Source of the DNA: a virus
Lineage: Duplodnaviria > Caudoviricetes
DNA length: 25,000 bases
Virus record (IMG/VR): IMGVR_UViG_3300025610_000134
Coordinates: 1-25,000 of that record
Reading direction: 5' to 3' (one strand)
Below, one piece after another: positions 24,115 to 25,000 of this stretch. Position numbers and translations under genes: made by a program. Positions within the stretch are counted from its first letter, which is position 1, and each line of letters starts with the position of its first letter. A model generated the notes under the pieces. That model saw nothing but the letters and a program-made list of their open reading frames with translations, was not told the origin of the DNA and did not search any database.

Positions 24115-24723
24115 ATGGCTAGTAACGAACATAGTAGTTTAGATAACTCACAGCTTCACGTTCCAAAGGACTTTAGCACAGCATCGGCTAATACTGTTCT
24201 TACTAAGAATGGTAGCAATGCTTTGACTTGGGCAGATGATAACCTTAGACGAACTCACTTCGTTAGGGTTAATGGTTTCTTTAGTCAAAGCACAACTGAC
24301 GAGTATGCACCTACATATTCAGGTAACTCTACTCACGTTTGGGATACAATAGTAACTGATGCTACTGCTGATGCACAAGATGCTGTTGCACAAGCACAAC
24401 TATATTGCCTTAGAGATGGATACATCAATGCTTTTGGCGGTGTTGTGGCAGCTACAAGCGGTAAAACTGTAAACTTTAAGATTTACAAAGGAACTCCTGT
24501 TGATGAAAGTGCAGCAGCTATTGACCTTACTCAATTAGGTAGTACAGCTAGTGAAGTTGGTGGTGGTAATACTACAACAGATGTATTCTCGGCAGGTGGA
24601 TTGGGTAGCACTCAAACATTCTCAGCAGGAGATATTATTATAGTTACTATATCAGCAGGTGCAGCAGAAGCAACAACAGCAAGGTTTAACGCTACTATGG
24701 AAGTAGTATATACAGAAGATTAA
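24115..24723 (+). CDS. Ala/Thr/Ser-rich hypothetical virion (fibre/decoration-like) protein
   Basis: 202 aa; VLTKNGSNALTW fibre-like segment; beta-sandwich-like C-terminus. Confidence 0.65.
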   Translation: MASNEHSSLDNSQLHVPKDFSTASANTVLTKNGSNALTWADDNLRRTHFVRVNGFFSQSTTDEYAPTYSGNSTHVWDTIVTDATADAQDAVAQAQLYCLRDGYINAFGGVVAATSGKTVNFKIYKGTPVDESAAAIDLTQLGSTASEVGGGNTTTDVFSAGGLGSTQTFSAGDIIIVTISAGAAEATTARFNATMEVVYTED

Positions 24724-24724
24724 T

Positions 24725-25000
24725 ATGTTAGGATTAAGAATAGCTTTAAGTGTAGCAAAAGGAGTTATTGACGAAATAGGTGGCTTATTATCAAAATTAG
24801 CAAGAAGGTCAACGTATAGTGAGAATCTTGCTGATTCAAGAGCTATTGTTTCTGATATAGATAGTTATGATTTATTAGACAAAGCTACTATACTACTTAC
24901 TCCTACTGCAACAAGTGATGCAAGGGTACACTCTGTAAAGACTTATACAGGTGATGAACTTTTGGACGTATCAAGTTTAAGTGGTACTAATTGGACTGCT
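24725..25000 (+). CDS. 5' part of a putative fibre/receptor-binding protein, truncated by the window edge
   Basis: Open from ATG 24725 to the end: MLGLRIALSV…LLDKATILLTPTA…HSVK…; not in the ORF track. Confidence 0.7.
   Translation, partial: MLGLRIALSVAKGVIDEIGGLLSKLARRSTYSENLADSRAIVSDIDSYDLLDKATILLTPTATSDARVHSVKTYTGDELLDVSSLSGTNWTA

Noticed and set aside
1-25000. tRNA/rRNA genes, integrase, transposase, reverse transcriptase or DGR repeats, introns and inteins
   Set aside because: None recognised by eye. TerL, portal and capsid are of normal uninterrupted length, and no long adenine-variable repeat pair was seen.

Overview
A 25-kb piece of an AT-rich tailed dsDNA phage genome with a siphovirus-like morphogenesis region. 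All real genes are on the + strand. The host is probably a Bacteroidota (Flavobacteria-like) bacterium, judged from the many TTG-N19/20-TAnnTTTG promoters and A-rich start regions without Shine-Dalgarno sites. Positions 1-2400 hold the end of a DNA-metabolism module: a C5 methyltransferase broken by one in-frame TGA, a VRR-NUC nuclease, a DUF3310-like protein, an HTH protein and an SH3/WYL-like protein. Positions 2410-2640 hold two short-repeat arrays. Positions 2640-4600 form a very AT-rich island of small genes (GP88-like protein, membrane peptides) with their own promoters and terminators. A repeat-rich non-coding stretch (4400-4959) precedes terS-terL. Then come the tail module (frameshifted chaperone pair, tail-tip proteins, tape measure), a Mor-like regulator, ClpP-type protease/scaffold, major capsid, tail tube, portal, adaptor and the start of a fibre gene. 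The most notable signals are: (i) apparent complete absence of CCAG/CTGG, CCGG and GGCC, with near-absence of CATG and GATC; (ii) five late promoters that sit directly against start codons (leaderless mRNAs), whereas early promoters have leaders; (iii) a shared TGCGA-containing box replacing the -33 element at two structural promoters, next to a Mor-like gene; (iv) an array of four 21-bp palindromes and helically phased iteron-like repeats. All family calls come from motif recognition by eye and all counts are manual.
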